64,000 nucleotides of DNA, taken from Paraspadella gotoi. Taxonomy: Eukaryota; Animalia; Chaetognatha. Of this stretch, positions 28,001-41,207 are shown one piece after another (the first letter of the stretch is position 1; each line of letters opens with the position of its first letter). The stretch lies in NCBI GenBank assembly GCA_051294375.1, contig CM119263.1, positions 13,470,414 to 13,534,413 of the forward strand, given 5' to 3'. Below the pieces are notes generated by a model. It did no database searches, was not told the DNA's origin, and saw nothing but the letters and a program-made list of their open reading frames with translations. The position numbers were made by a program, and so were the translations under genes.

Positions 28001-28256
28001 TGTAATGAAATAATTTTGTAAAAAGAGTTATATTTCCTTTTATCAACTTTTCTTGAGGAATTCGAAATTGCTTTCAAAAATAAGAAAAGTACATTTTAAA
28101 ATTTTGACAATTTCTATGGTGAGTACTATACTATGTATAAATATAGGCTGATTCGAAAATTGACAAATAAATTTTTTTTTTTTATTTAAAAATGTTCACT
28201 GGTACAAGCCTGTTAATTTCGATTCTCCTTGATTTTAATTTTTTTGTTACTCTTTA
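28001..28256. mobile_element. Partial copy of the hAT-type MITE family (59613-60194)
   Basis: 'ctttcaaaaataagaaaa...ctatggtgagt...tgtataaatat...ggtacaagc' matches 60000-60194. Confidence 0.7.
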
Positions 28257-28582
28257 ATATATAATAATATAATATATAATCACATCAAGATGGTTGAGCT
28301 TTTAAAAAATCTTTAACACTATGACTATCTATAAAACCCCAGCCCAAATGAACCGAGGCAGGATGGCTGGATCCACTACCCTATCTTTTATAAAAACCGG
28401 TTTTTCACTTTCTCCCGTCACCACCCTATCGCCCCCCCCATTTCGAGGTATCGGATTCACAAAAACACAATTTTCCAATTTCGGGTCGCAACCTCGATAG
28501 AAACAGACGACGCTGAAGACGACGATGACAGTGATATTCACTGCTTTCAGTGGGTTAGGAATTTGTTTAGATGTCATTATTA

Positions 28583-28729
28583 ATGATGATGATGATGATG
28601 ATGATGAAGACGAAGAGGAAGAGGAATAGGGAGAAGGATGATGATGACGATGATGATGATGATGATGATGATGAAAATGAAAATGAAAAGGATAATGATA
28701 AACAATGGCGATGATGGCGATTTGTATAT

Positions 28730-28793
<64 letters not shown>

Positions 28794-28870
28794 AATGATT
28801 ATGATGATGATGAGGAGGAGGAGGAAAATTAAAAAGATAATGATAAACTATGACGATGATGATGATGATT

Positions 28871-28906
<36 letters not shown>

Positions 28907-28947
28907 CCGATGATGACGATAATGATGATGATTATGATGATGATGAT
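28583..28947. repeat. Compound (GAT)n trinucleotide repeat
   Basis: Directly visible; source of the poly-D/M/H pseudo-ORFs. Confidence 0.95.
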
Positions 28948-29240
28948 TACGGTGGCAAGGAAGACAATGACGAAAACGACGACGAAAAGTTGTGATTAAA
29001 GAAACGATGATCTTGTGCGCGATGAAAATCGCGCGCCAGAGAAAATGGTTACGATGAGGGAAGAAGGAACAAAGAAGAGAAAAGAAAAGAGGAAAGAAAA
29101 GAAAAGAAAAGAATGGAAGGGAAAAAATAAATAAAAGAAAAAAAAGGAAAGAAGGGAGACCGTGTTTAAAGAAAGTCATTGGAGAAACGCAGAACAAAGG
29201 AAGAAGAAAACGACAAACATGCGGCAGACAAATAAAGAAA

Positions 29241-29276
<36 letters not shown>

Positions 29277-29426
29277 AGGAGGAGAGAACGAGAGAGGGAG
29301 AGGAGAGAGAGAGAGAGGAGAAGAGAGAAGATAGAATGAGCCTAAAATTGGAGGACGAAGAAGAGTATAGTGGAGACAGTAAAACAGAAGTTTAGTCGCT
29401 CGAGTATTTCTGAAAAATCGTATTGT

Positions 29427-29481
<55 letters not shown>

Positions 29482-29485
29482 AGAG

Positions 29486-29524
<39 letters not shown>

Positions 29525-31204
29525 AATAGAAAATGAACAAAAATTAAAATAGATAAATATTTGAAGCATGGCAGTTAATATATACATATTTATTTCCAGT
29601 ATCTGCTTAGTTTTTACAATAGTTTATGTCAAGAACTAAATTTATTTTTCCATTATATTTTTCATTTTTTACTCGACTCAGTTTCAACTTCAATCATTTT
29701 TTAAAATTTTTTATTATAGGTATTTACAAATTTAATATAAAAATAAAAATTTTTTAAAAAATGGCCTAACCGAATTATATTATCAATCTCTCAACGGTCA
29801 GTCAAAGACCTAACATTTCTCAGATTGCTATAACCTCCATTATATTACCATTCAAATCGCTTCGATCGCTCTGATCACCAGTCAAAGGACATATTTAGCT
29901 TTTTTTCATCCAGGAGCAAAAAAAAAAATCTTCAATTCCGTTCGGTTTATGCAAAAGAGAAGATAAGTGGCTTCTGGAATTTACGGATTTTTCCCGCAAA
30001 AAAAAAAACTGGACGAAAGGAGAGAGAGAGAGATGAAGAGAGAGAGAGAGAGAGACAGAGACGAGAGAAAGAAAATAAATTTGAATTTGATGGATGATGA
30101 AATGGATTTTTGATTGGATATTAGGACGAAGGAAGGGAAGCGAGGAAGAGGGAAATGTGCAAGGTCAGTCTGAAGGAAAAATGCGAGAATTCGTCGATCG
30201 GGCGGGAAAACGAGGGGGGGGAGAGGAGAGGGAGGAGACAGAGACGGGGGGGGGAGAAATGTAGGAGGAAGGAAATGGGAGAGAAGGGGAGAGGAAGAGT
30301 GAGGAGGACAGAGACGGGGGGAGAATAGTAAAAGGAAGGAAATGGGAGAGAAGGTGAGAGGAAGAGTGCAGAAAGAAGCGAGGTGAGAGAGAAGCTATAG
30401 GAGACAAAGGAACAAAGAGACATAAAAAAGAACAACTAAAAATATTTAAGGAAAGGTGAGAAAAAGAAGCGAAGAGACAGACTGAGTTCCAAAGGGCAGC
30501 GGAAGAACCTTTTTGAGGAATACCACATAACTGGAAAAAAAAATTTCGCGCTCTATTATTTCTTTCTCTCTATCAGCTCGATCTATCTTTTTCTATCTCC
30601 TTTTTCTGTCATTTTCTTAATGCATGAAAAATAAAGAAACAACTCACTTTTTAAAAAAGTTTTTAATTATATTTTTTTGGCAAATTTTTCTCTGTGCCCA
30701 GAAACAGTCTTTTCTTTTTTATTCCCTCTCAAAAAATTCCGAGTTGCGTATTATTTCGAAATAAAAAAAAAACTCTTTTTGCTTTTTTTTTTCAATTTTT
30801 TCTCGCATTGCCCTTTTTTCTTCGTCCCTCTATTTTCTTCTTCAGTTTGCACCTCGAAATCTCTCTCCCCATCTCACTCCACTCCTCCTTTTTTTTTCAC
30901 TTTATATTTCTTTAAACTCTCTCTCCCCATCCTCTTTCCTCCCTCGGGATTCAAACGTGACTTTCTCTTCCTCAACAAACAATCCTTCCTCCCCTACTTT
31001 CTCCCTTTCCGTCTCCTCTTCTTCCTCCCCCCCGCTTTCCACGTGACTCTCCTCTTCCGCCTCGGCCATATTTTGCCATCAATATTCATCCGCCAATTTG
31101 GAAAAAGTCTATGCGTCGTCATGCGCCTCGCTTCCGGTCTCGGCGTCACATCCAAAGGCCACGAGAACCGAGAGAGAGAGAGACGAGAGAGAGAGAGAGA
31201 GAGA

Positions 31205-31245
<41 letters not shown>

Positions 31246-31516
31246 AAATTTAGGTCTCTGCTGAAAATATTTTATAAGAAAGGTTTGACTTTTTCTTTCT
31301 CCTTTTTCTAGACATGCAGCGGTGACGTTTAGTCCCTTAAGTAATCAATAAATCGTTTTTTTTAATGGTATAACGATGTGAAATATTTCAATTTCATTCT
31401 ACTCCTGTTTTCAATTTTATTATCGTTATAGTATTTTTTTTTCCGCCACCACTTTCGTGACCGTAGTAAAATACTATCCCTCGCCACGTCAACGTCCTCT
31501 CCACTCCCACAGAGGC

Positions 31517-31616
31517 NNNNNNNNNNNNNNNNNNNNNNNNNNNNNNNNNNNNNNNNNNNNNNNNNNNNNNNNNNNNNNNNNNNNNNNNNNNNNNNNNNNN
31601 NNNNNNNNNNNNNNNN
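31517..31616. other. Assembly gap (100 N)
   Basis: N run; CACAGAGGC is present on both sides. Confidence 0.99.
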
Positions 31617-32099
31617 CACAGAGGCCACCCTCACTCTTTCCCTCGCCTTCCACTCCGTCGACCACCTTTTATGGCCGCCTTCATTTTCCTTCTTTGCGAC
31701 GAAGAAATGAGTCAGAAAACTGGACAAGAAGAAGATCATCAAAGTTAAAGGAAAACTTAGGAGGACGAGCCGATGACGAATAAAAAGCGACGACGACAGG
31801 CGACGACGGACGACGACCACGATGGCCGATGAAGCGATGACGATGAAGTCGACGATTCTCCCAGAGTTCCTCACGAGAAACTATGACAGAGATTTTCAAA
31901 AGCCTAAAAAGAGACACGAGACAGTTGTGAAGGCCGTCTGTTTTTTAGAAGATGACAGAAATGACAAAAGATATAATCGACGGCGAATAAAAACTTTTGT
32001 AAGACAAATGATCATTTTTCCTTCTCAGAAAGAGCACGTAAAGACAAGGCCGAAAGAAGGTGACCACGGCGACGATGAAGGTGACGAGAAAAAAGGAGA

Positions 32100-32131
<32 letters not shown>

Positions 32132-32386
32132 TCGAAAGACGTCGAAGACGAAGATTGTCAATCTTGGCTTTTTTCTGGAATATGAAAAGAGAAATTTCTC
32201 CGTTTTTGTTTATGCCTCGTGCCTGGAAAATTGAATTTCTGTAGGAGCGAGAGAGGGCTCTGATATTTGCAATAGAAAATGATTGGATGAACACGGGAAA
32301 GAGTAAATGCAAGAGAAAAATTAAATCTTTCGACGTAGAAAAGACGGAATGGGAGGAAAGAGGGGAAGAAAAGGGAACTCGAATGA

Positions 32387-32418
<32 letters not shown>

Positions 32419-32431
32419 NNNNNNNNNNNNN
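32419..32431. other. Assembly gap (13 N) at the end of an (AG)n tract
   Basis: N run. Confidence 0.99.
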
Positions 32432-33174
32432 AAAGGAAGGGAGGGAGAGAAATAAAGATAAAGGAATGAAGGAAAGAAAAAAGAAACTTCAATGAAAGGA
32501 AAAAAGATCGGATTGAGGAAAATGAAAAAAGGAAGAGAAGTTTAAAAAAAAAGGGGGGGGTTCAAGAGAGAGAGAGAAATTAAAAGATCTAAAATCAAAG
32601 CATTAACTAGTTTGGCGGATCTGAGAGACGAGAGAGATTCTGAGCTGGATACTTGATAGTGAATGTGATAGTGAATGTGATAGTGAATGTGCAGGCTGAG
32701 CTGAATCCGGGGAAAAAACGATGAATAGGATGAATACTCAATACTTTCTTGAGTATTGAAAGTAAACAGGGGAAAGGTGAGCTCTTAAGAGCGAGATAAA
32801 AAAAATTATAAATATGGGGAGAAGTAAGATAAAATAAAAGGGAGAGTTAAATTCAATCTGAGCTGAAGACGAATTCTCTGGAAAAGAAAAGTTACACGAG
32901 GTTACATGGTTACAATCGCAGCCCCGAGTCTCTTTTTTCCTCCAACTATTCTTCCTCAAAATTTGCATAAAAAGTGACTCTCTTTCACTCCACATTTTTT
33001 TCATAGTTTCACCTCGTCTAGAATCTCTCTCTCTCTATCTCTCTATTTCTACAGGGTCTCCCTATCTCATTCACTCTGTTACACCGAATTTACTTCACAT
33101 TTGTTTTCTTTTTCGTTCCGATGGTTTATCAATTTTGTTTTCGAATTCTGTTTCTCTCTCTCCTCATCTCTCCC

Positions 33175-33249
<75 letters not shown>

Positions 33250-34018
33250 CACTTGTTCTTATCCTTTCCAACGCACTTCTTTTTTTTTCCACTTCCCCTT
33301 TCGATTTTCAATTTTCGTTATGTTCGAGATTTCTTCTTGGATTCGAGGCGCAAAATCAACAAAAAAACTTTTTCCTTTTTTTCGCAGACTCAAAGTCGCC
33401 CGCTTTCATCGTCTCTGAAGCCTCTAATTAACTATCTGAATATGCATTCGTATGCAAATTAGCTCGAAACAAGATCCCTCTTTCTCTCCGACGCATCAAC
33501 CAAGATGCTGCCGCTGTCATACATTTTCTTTTCTCTCTCTCTCCATCCCTCTCTCTCTCCTCTAGTCTCTCTCTCTCCTCTCTCTCTCTCTCTCTGCTCC
33601 TCTCTCTCTCTCTCATCTTTCAAGAGTTCCAGTCTCTAAACCTCGAGTTTTTTTCGAATTTATTTTCAGGAAATTTGCGTTTCTTAATTTTTTTTCTTAT
33701 TAATCGACAAATTTTTGAGTTGCGCTTCAGAGAATGAGAAGCTCTAATTGAGAAAGTTTGTTGTCCATTGGAGTCATCGATCGTTCGCCCCCCCCCCCTT
33801 TCGCTAACGCCGGCACCCAATTTCTCAGACAAAGGAGCAACAATTTTGCGAGCGAGAGATAATGAGTTTCGAGAAGGAATGAGAGGGAGAGAGAAGGGGC
33901 TGATAGAGACAGAGTGAAACGAAATAGATTTTTTCTTAGTTTTGGGGCTTACGTTCGTCCTTCGTGGCAGGGAAGAAGTGAAAGAAAGAGAGAGCGAGAG
34001 AAAGAAGGAGGAAAAGAG

Positions 34019-34156
<138 letters not shown>

Positions 34157-35237
34157 CCACTTAAAAAGATCAAATCCTTTTTTTTTTCTTTTTCTTTTTT
34201 CTTCATTTCACTCGCGCCTCATTTTATGCCATTAATTTAAGAAGTCGACGCCGAGCTGACGCTTCTCGCTCGCTCCTTTTCCCTTTTTTTTCCCTTTCTA
34301 TAATATCAACGCTCTCCCCTTTTTTTCGAGTAAGTTTTTCCACACACGAAAAAAAAGAAAACTTTTCTTTTCTTTTGTTGCTGTCGTCGTCGTTGTTGTT
34401 GTTGTTGTTTTCTCTTTTTTTTTCTCTCCGAGTTTGTCCCTCGTTGGCGATTTCTTCTCCTCCCGTCTCTCTTCTCCCTCTTCTCTCGTTCAATCGCAGA
34501 TTTCCTATTTTCTTTTTTTTTTCCCCGATTTTTTTCTTTTCTCCTTTTTGCGGTTTTTCTTCTTATTTTTTTTTTTTTTTTGTGTGCTTATCGCTTTTGT
34601 TAGTTTTTTCTATTTTTAGCAGGTAATTTTAGGTATTTTGAGTTGTATAATTTTCTTGGCAAACATTTACATACCTCGATATGGATAAGTTTTTGTATGT
34701 CGTTTTTTACTTACAGTCTATCTGGTAACAAACTTTTCTCAGAGAACCAAAAGCTCTCATTTGAAGATTTGGGAGACCCTTTAAATACGTGGTGTTACAC
34801 TATTCTGCACAATCCACTGTTCTCCGATCAACCTCTTTAAGCTAAGTACCTTCGCATCTCAAACCTTTTATTCCCCACTCACCTTGTCTCTTCGAATTCG
34901 TTCGCTTCTTAGGTAGAGCGCATGCGCCTTTCTGGTTTTCTTTTGCATAAACCCACCCGTTTTAGGACTTTCCTACGAACTTTCTAATCTCCTTAGACAC
35001 CTTGCCCCCCCCCACCCTGGGCGTTGACCCCGGCGCCAGCAATCTCCTTGCCCCCCACCCTGGGCGTCCGCCAACCCCTTGCCCCGACCCCGCGCGCCCC
35101 TGGCGAGAGTTCGCGGCCCCGAGGTCGACCGGGCGTCGCTCGGGAATGGGACATTATTGAGGCCGAAGCGATGAAGTATGGAAGGGGAGGGCAAAGGTTT
35201 CGGACGTGGGGGCATCGTCGTCGTCGCCGGCGTCTCC

Positions 35238-35279
<42 letters not shown>

Positions 35280-37784
35280 CTTTTTAAAGAGGCAACAAAA
35301 CCTCCTGTTTCGTGGTCGATCGGACTTTCTTTGGCTACCGATTGTTTTCTTTTTTTTTCTTTGTTTGTTTGTTTGTTTGTTGGTTTGTTTTTTTTTATTT
35401 GTTTTTTTTTTTAAATACTTTCCTTCGCGGAATAGAATATCAACCGCTTAAATTTAAATCTTTGACTTTACATCTTTCTCTTTTATCTTTTTATCTTATT
35501 TCTTTTTATATGTATTCCTCTTTCTTTTTCCTTTTCCTTTTCCTTTCTTCTCTCTTTCTCCCCATCAGATAGCGTTCTGCCTTCCTCTCCCCTCTTCACC
35601 CTTTCCCCATTCCCTCCAAACCCGCTGGCCCCCGACGGAACTCCGGGCATCGCTGGTCATTTCCTGTCCTGCGGAGCGCGTGTGTCTTTCCAATTTGTTT
35701 CTCCCTAACGAAGAGTTATGGCCCCGAGTCGTGGCCTCGCGACCTCCCTCCCCCGATGCCCGACGCGGTCCGCCTCCAATAGGCGCCTCACGGCCCCGAC
35801 GCGATGCGGGCCTTCACCCCTGAAGAGCGTCCGATGCCGATGTACAACTAGGTGCGTTGGGGATTATTACATAAAGACAATTTGAAACTCGACGCTAGTA
35901 AAAAGCAGATATTTGCAGACTCGGAGTGATTTTATTAATCGTGAGAGATAATTTTGCAGAGAAAACCAATTTCATTTTGATCGGTATAGATATGCGGAGA
36001 AAATTGACTTTGAAAAGGTCTCTCATTTTCCAAGTGACATTTTTAAAATAAATTTTTTTTCTTTAACTTTTAGTGCATTTTTAAAAAAATTATAAAATTC
36101 CTTAAAATGTGAGAATGATATATTTATGAAAGCAGTAACATAAAAATTAGCCTAATTAAAAAGAGTCAAAATTGAAACATCTCAAACTTTGAATCTATTT
36201 TTTTTTAATGTATGTGTTGGTTTAATCCTTTCTTTTTCGTTTTGTAGTTGAATTTGAATGCAATTGTTGCATTCAAATTCAAACGTTTTCTAAATGTATA
36301 TTTAAATTATAATAATCCAAATAATCATCATTTGTATTGTTACCATAAAAAACCTAAGTAAAAATAAGTTAAGCTCTGTCTCTCAATTCGTAGAAAAAGT
36401 AGTAAATGTAGACGGCAACTACCCCTTATTTTTCTCCCATTTCTCTCTTTCCCCTTTTCTCTCCTCTTCGAACATCCCGCATTTCTGACCATCCCGCTTC
36501 TGCTTTTATAGATTTCCAATTCTCGCAGAAGTGCGTTTTCCATCTCTGTTACGCGCCGCTCCGACCAACAGGGAATTCTAGAGTAGTTAGGACCTCAATT
36601 CGCGATGATTCTCGAAGACGCATATCATTTCCGAGAAGAAGATGCCAGTTCCTACCTCCTGAAAACCGAGTTAAATTCTGTGAGACGAACGTCAAACTGT
36701 CAATTCCCCTCGGCTATTTCAACCATGAGCAATTGAGCAATTAACCCGAAGCTCTACCTTACCTAATCATCTCAAGCAGCCTCTTTTCCTCCTCCTGGCT
36801 CGTATCAGTTTCTTTACGTCTTACCCTAGTTTAAAAGGGAAATAAAAAGGCGGCGAGATCATAGGTCGACGCTTGTTCCCCGCGAGGAGGAGCGGCGTCG
36901 CGTCGATCAAAGATTCAAGTCGAAGACGACGAAGAAACATCTGAACATCGAAAACCGCGAATCAATAATGCAAACGAAGAACAAAAGACGGGCGCCGCCG
37001 GCCTTTTTACGCCAAATTGACAATGACGAACTAGGGAGAAGGAAGAGAGAAAGAAAGAAAGAAAGAAAGAAAGAAAAGAAAGAAAGAAAGAAAGAAAGAA
37101 AAGAAAGAAAGAAAGAAAAAGAAGAAAGAAAGAAAAGAAAGGAAAGAAAGAAAGAAAGAAAGAAGAAAGAAAAGAAAGAAAGAAAGAAAGAAAGAAAGAA
37201 AAAAAAATGAAAAAAAGAAATGAATCCTCTGCGGAATCGTTGCGGTCATCCCGGACGTTTTCCTTCTGACCCCAAGGTGACCTTGAGAAGGGTTTTTGAA
37301 GAAACCAAGTATGACGGGAAAATGGCAAATTGCCAGGTGAAATGGAAATGGGAAAGAAAGAGTGCAAGGGGCGGTCGGTTGAAAAACTTGGCGAGGAGGA
37401 AAAGTTTCTTTTATTTCCATTCCAAACTTAGTAAACCATAAGCTATTCTAATTTTTTTTTGTCAATCAAAATGTCGTTAAGTATTTCTTTAATTTCTTTG
37501 ATTCTCCTACCAATGCACTTCTGCCTCGTTTAATTCCTTTCTACCTCCTCAGACCACCGACGTCCTTTCTCTCTCTTAATTCCTTTACCTCCTTTCCTTT
37601 TCCCTTTCCTTTCCTTTCCTTTCCTTTCCTTTTCCCTTTCCGTCCCTTCCTTTTCTCCTTCCGGCCCGTCGATTGACCTTCGGAGTTTTTGGAAGAAGGT
37701 CAACTCACGAGGGAATCTTAAGACAAAAGGAGGTCGAACCTTAAATCCCCGAGCGTGGAGGGAAAAGGAGGAGGGCAGAAGCTG

Positions 37785-37841
<57 letters not shown>

Positions 37842-38459
37842 ATCACAGTTTATCACGGTCCTGTTATTACTCTCTCTCGCTTACTTTCTCCCATTCTCCA
37901 TTTTTATCATTCTTTAGCATCTTCTCTCTGTTTTTCCTCGTAGGTGCAGCCTCTTTTTATTCCCTTTTGTTGTCTGTTGTTGCTTTTATTGATTTTTATT
38001 AGTTTTTTTTTTTTTTTTTTTGCTTTTACTTCTCTTACTGGCCGACCAAATTCAAATGTTAATGGAAACGATATTAAACATATCCATTTATTGGCATTCA
38101 TAATTATGTTAAAATGTTCCGAACAGATGGTAATTGGCTAATTGATTATTAAATTACTGTATAATACTTAAAATAATTTGGAAATCTTTTATTTTTTATT
38201 AATTAAAAATATATTTATAACTTTTTATAATTTTGATATTTTATTACTGATATTATTTTCAAAAACTTATAAATACAAGAAAAACAAAACAACAAAACAA
38301 CAAAACAACAAACAACAAACAAAAACAACAACTTATTAAAACAAGATAATTGAATCATGTTTAAAGTTTAGCTTTACAGTTACAGTTAGTTAGTTACAGT
38401 TATTTACAGTTCACACTCGCCGCTTGTGGTGAACTTAAAACCACCAACTGTTCATCAGC

Positions 38460-38611
38460 AGCCATTGCTGCAGGAGGCAAGTCATTCGCCTACAAACTCA
38501 AAGGTCCGGGGTTCTAGCCCGGTGGTCGCCTAGCATTTAAGAGGGACGAGGCGCTTAACCCGCCTGTAACGTGGTGTTACAGCCTGATCCGAAGTTCAGG
38601 GATTGCTTTTA
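38460..38611 (+). mobile_element. tRNA-derived SINE, copy 1
   Basis: B-box-like GGTTCTAGCCC; the body 'aacccgcctgtaac...gtgttaca...gatccgaag.tcaggga.tgctt' is shared in reverse orientation with 47833-47935. Confidence 0.65.
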
Positions 38612-39050
38612 TTAGTACAGTATTGCTCATATACTGACGCTAACTCATAACCATTATTACTGTCCCTTCACACTCAAGTCATCCCAGCTGTCCACTCACG
38701 TCACCAAGAGATGACCCACCTTCAATGGATGCCCTATGTATTACGCGACTCAAACAGTGAAAATAGTTACTGAAAACGAAACTCGAACCTCTCAACTCCA
38801 GAGGCACGAAACTGACAAAACGCAGTCGAGGTTTCTTTATCGTCGTCTACGTCGTTTTCATCGTCACCATATTCGTCGTTATCAGCATCATCGTCATCTT
38901 TCTACGTCGTTACCGTCGTCATCGTCGACATCGTCATCTTCAACTTTGGCCTTGCGCTTCGTCATCATCCCGAGATTCGATGCAATCCTCGAGATTTCTC
39001 AAGGTTCCTATTCCACCCCCCCCTCCTCGAAGCGACTCGCTCGCCGGCTC

Positions 39051-39118
<68 letters not shown>

Positions 39119-39782
39119 AATTTTTTTCTTTTCCTCTCTCCCTCAAGTCACTTTAAAAAAGGCCCTTATCGTTCGGAGAGGGGAATTTCGCGATGTTAAC
39201 CTTCGTTTAATTTATGGATTTTTAATTTAAATTTTATGTGCCACATTTTTTTACCTGCCACCTTCTTTTTTTATCACTCCTCAGACGCAAAACAGATACT
39301 TTTTGTTCTAAATTTACTGACTAAATCTAATTTCGTAATACATTATAAACTTTCTTTATTACATACCCTTTTTATTTCATTTTTAAAATAGTGATTTTGT
39401 CTTCTGTCTGGTGGATAATGTATTTTTAGTTTTACTTCCTAATTTAAGTGCGATTACCTATTTCGCCGTTTGGAGTAACTGGTTTAAACAATATTTACCG
39501 AAGTGAAAAACAACATTCGACAGATGACGATTCCTAATTTTCCGTCACTGAAATTCATACAAAGGCCATTTATTTGGTTCATTTCCGTACACTTGTTCTA
39601 AAAACGTGAGGAGGCGAATCGACAAAGAGCGAGTTATATCTTTCTAATAATACTTTGAGCGTATTTCCATTCTCAGCTTCGGCAGGCAACCACAATCTAA
39701 CTTTTGATGATGGTTGTAAAATTTGCATGAAATCGTTGTTATTTGAGATTGAAAATCGGCGGCGGAAAGCTTTACTGCCTCC

Positions 39783-39903
<121 letters not shown>

Positions 39904-41107
39904 TGGAAAATTCAAATCCTCACCAAACTGTGCTTAACAGGTGTAATCGTGAAATAGGGTATTTTACAGAATTTCGATAAGAATTCCATCTGGAGAAAAG
40001 AAGTTGTCGGTCAATGTGATGTTTTGGTTACGATTCTTCTTTCCATGACTGGGATTATTTCGTTCTTAATTTTAAAAATTGGTTGTCTTTTACAAAGTGC
40101 CACAAAGTGTTAACGACCAGAAGCAAAATTAAATAGGAAAACAGGTGTTTTTCTCGCCTTCACACGTTTTGTAAATTTTTCATGATTCAAACTAAAGGAA
40201 GTCAAAATCAATAGGGCATAGTGTATATACAAAATGGCCAATAGAACATCAGATTAAACTGTTAATTATGGAAAGACGAAAGAAGGATGGTAGGAGGATC
40301 TTGAAATGTTGGATTTTCGGAAGTACAGTTTAATTTAAACTTAATTTAAAATTTAATATAACAATAGAATTTGATTTTTAAACTGAAAAGCACGACGAAA
40401 GTCGCTTCCTCATAATTCAAAGTTTAATTTTGAACGCTTTTGGTTAAGTAGTTAACCAAAGCAACCAAGTGATATCGCTACTCATCAGGCTCCTACTAAA
40501 CAAAAGAACAGTAGATACTTATATTTCAATTTTTATTTCACAGTACTGCTGTATAAACTGAAAACGCATTGGAATAAATAAACAAAAGCGTCCTCTAATT
40601 TAATTCTTTTCGTTTTTTTGTTTTAGGAAAATAAATAACCGGTCCTACCTTTTCATGTTGCTTCTTAGGTCGACTTAGGACTAGGACCTAGTAGGTGCAG
40701 TCTAAAAAACTATTGAAGTAAAACTAATATTTGTTTACAAATTTAATCTTTACAAAACTAATCTTTACAAAGTTAATCGTATATTTAAGATTCTTTCTTT
40801 TCTTCGGCTATGCATATACTCCTTATACTAGAGTACGTATAGTCTCTGCGTACATATATCTTTGTCGTTTAATAACTCCGTATAAATCACTTGCATTACC
40901 TTTAAATGCTCAACATATTTTAATTGTTGTCTTATTTTTCTTTTTCAGAATAACAAATATTTAAATAATCATGTAATTATAACTCAGTAGTAGTTTAAGA
41001 AATATTTCACTGAGCAAAAAAGAAACAAAATAGCAATCTTTGATTGGGGCGAAGCTGTGTGTCGAGATTCTGAAGCTAATGATTCACGAGTTTAATTAAC
41101 GATAGGA

Positions 41108-41207
41108 NNNNNNNNNNNNNNNNNNNNNNNNNNNNNNNNNNNNNNNNNNNNNNNNNNNNNNNNNNNNNNNNNNNNNNNNNNNNNNNNNNNNNNNNNNNNN
41201 NNNNNNN
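41108..41207. other. Assembly gap (100 N) coinciding with a compositional switch
   Basis: N run; long AG/GAC microsatellites nearly vanish and TE remnants dominate after it. Confidence 0.99.
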
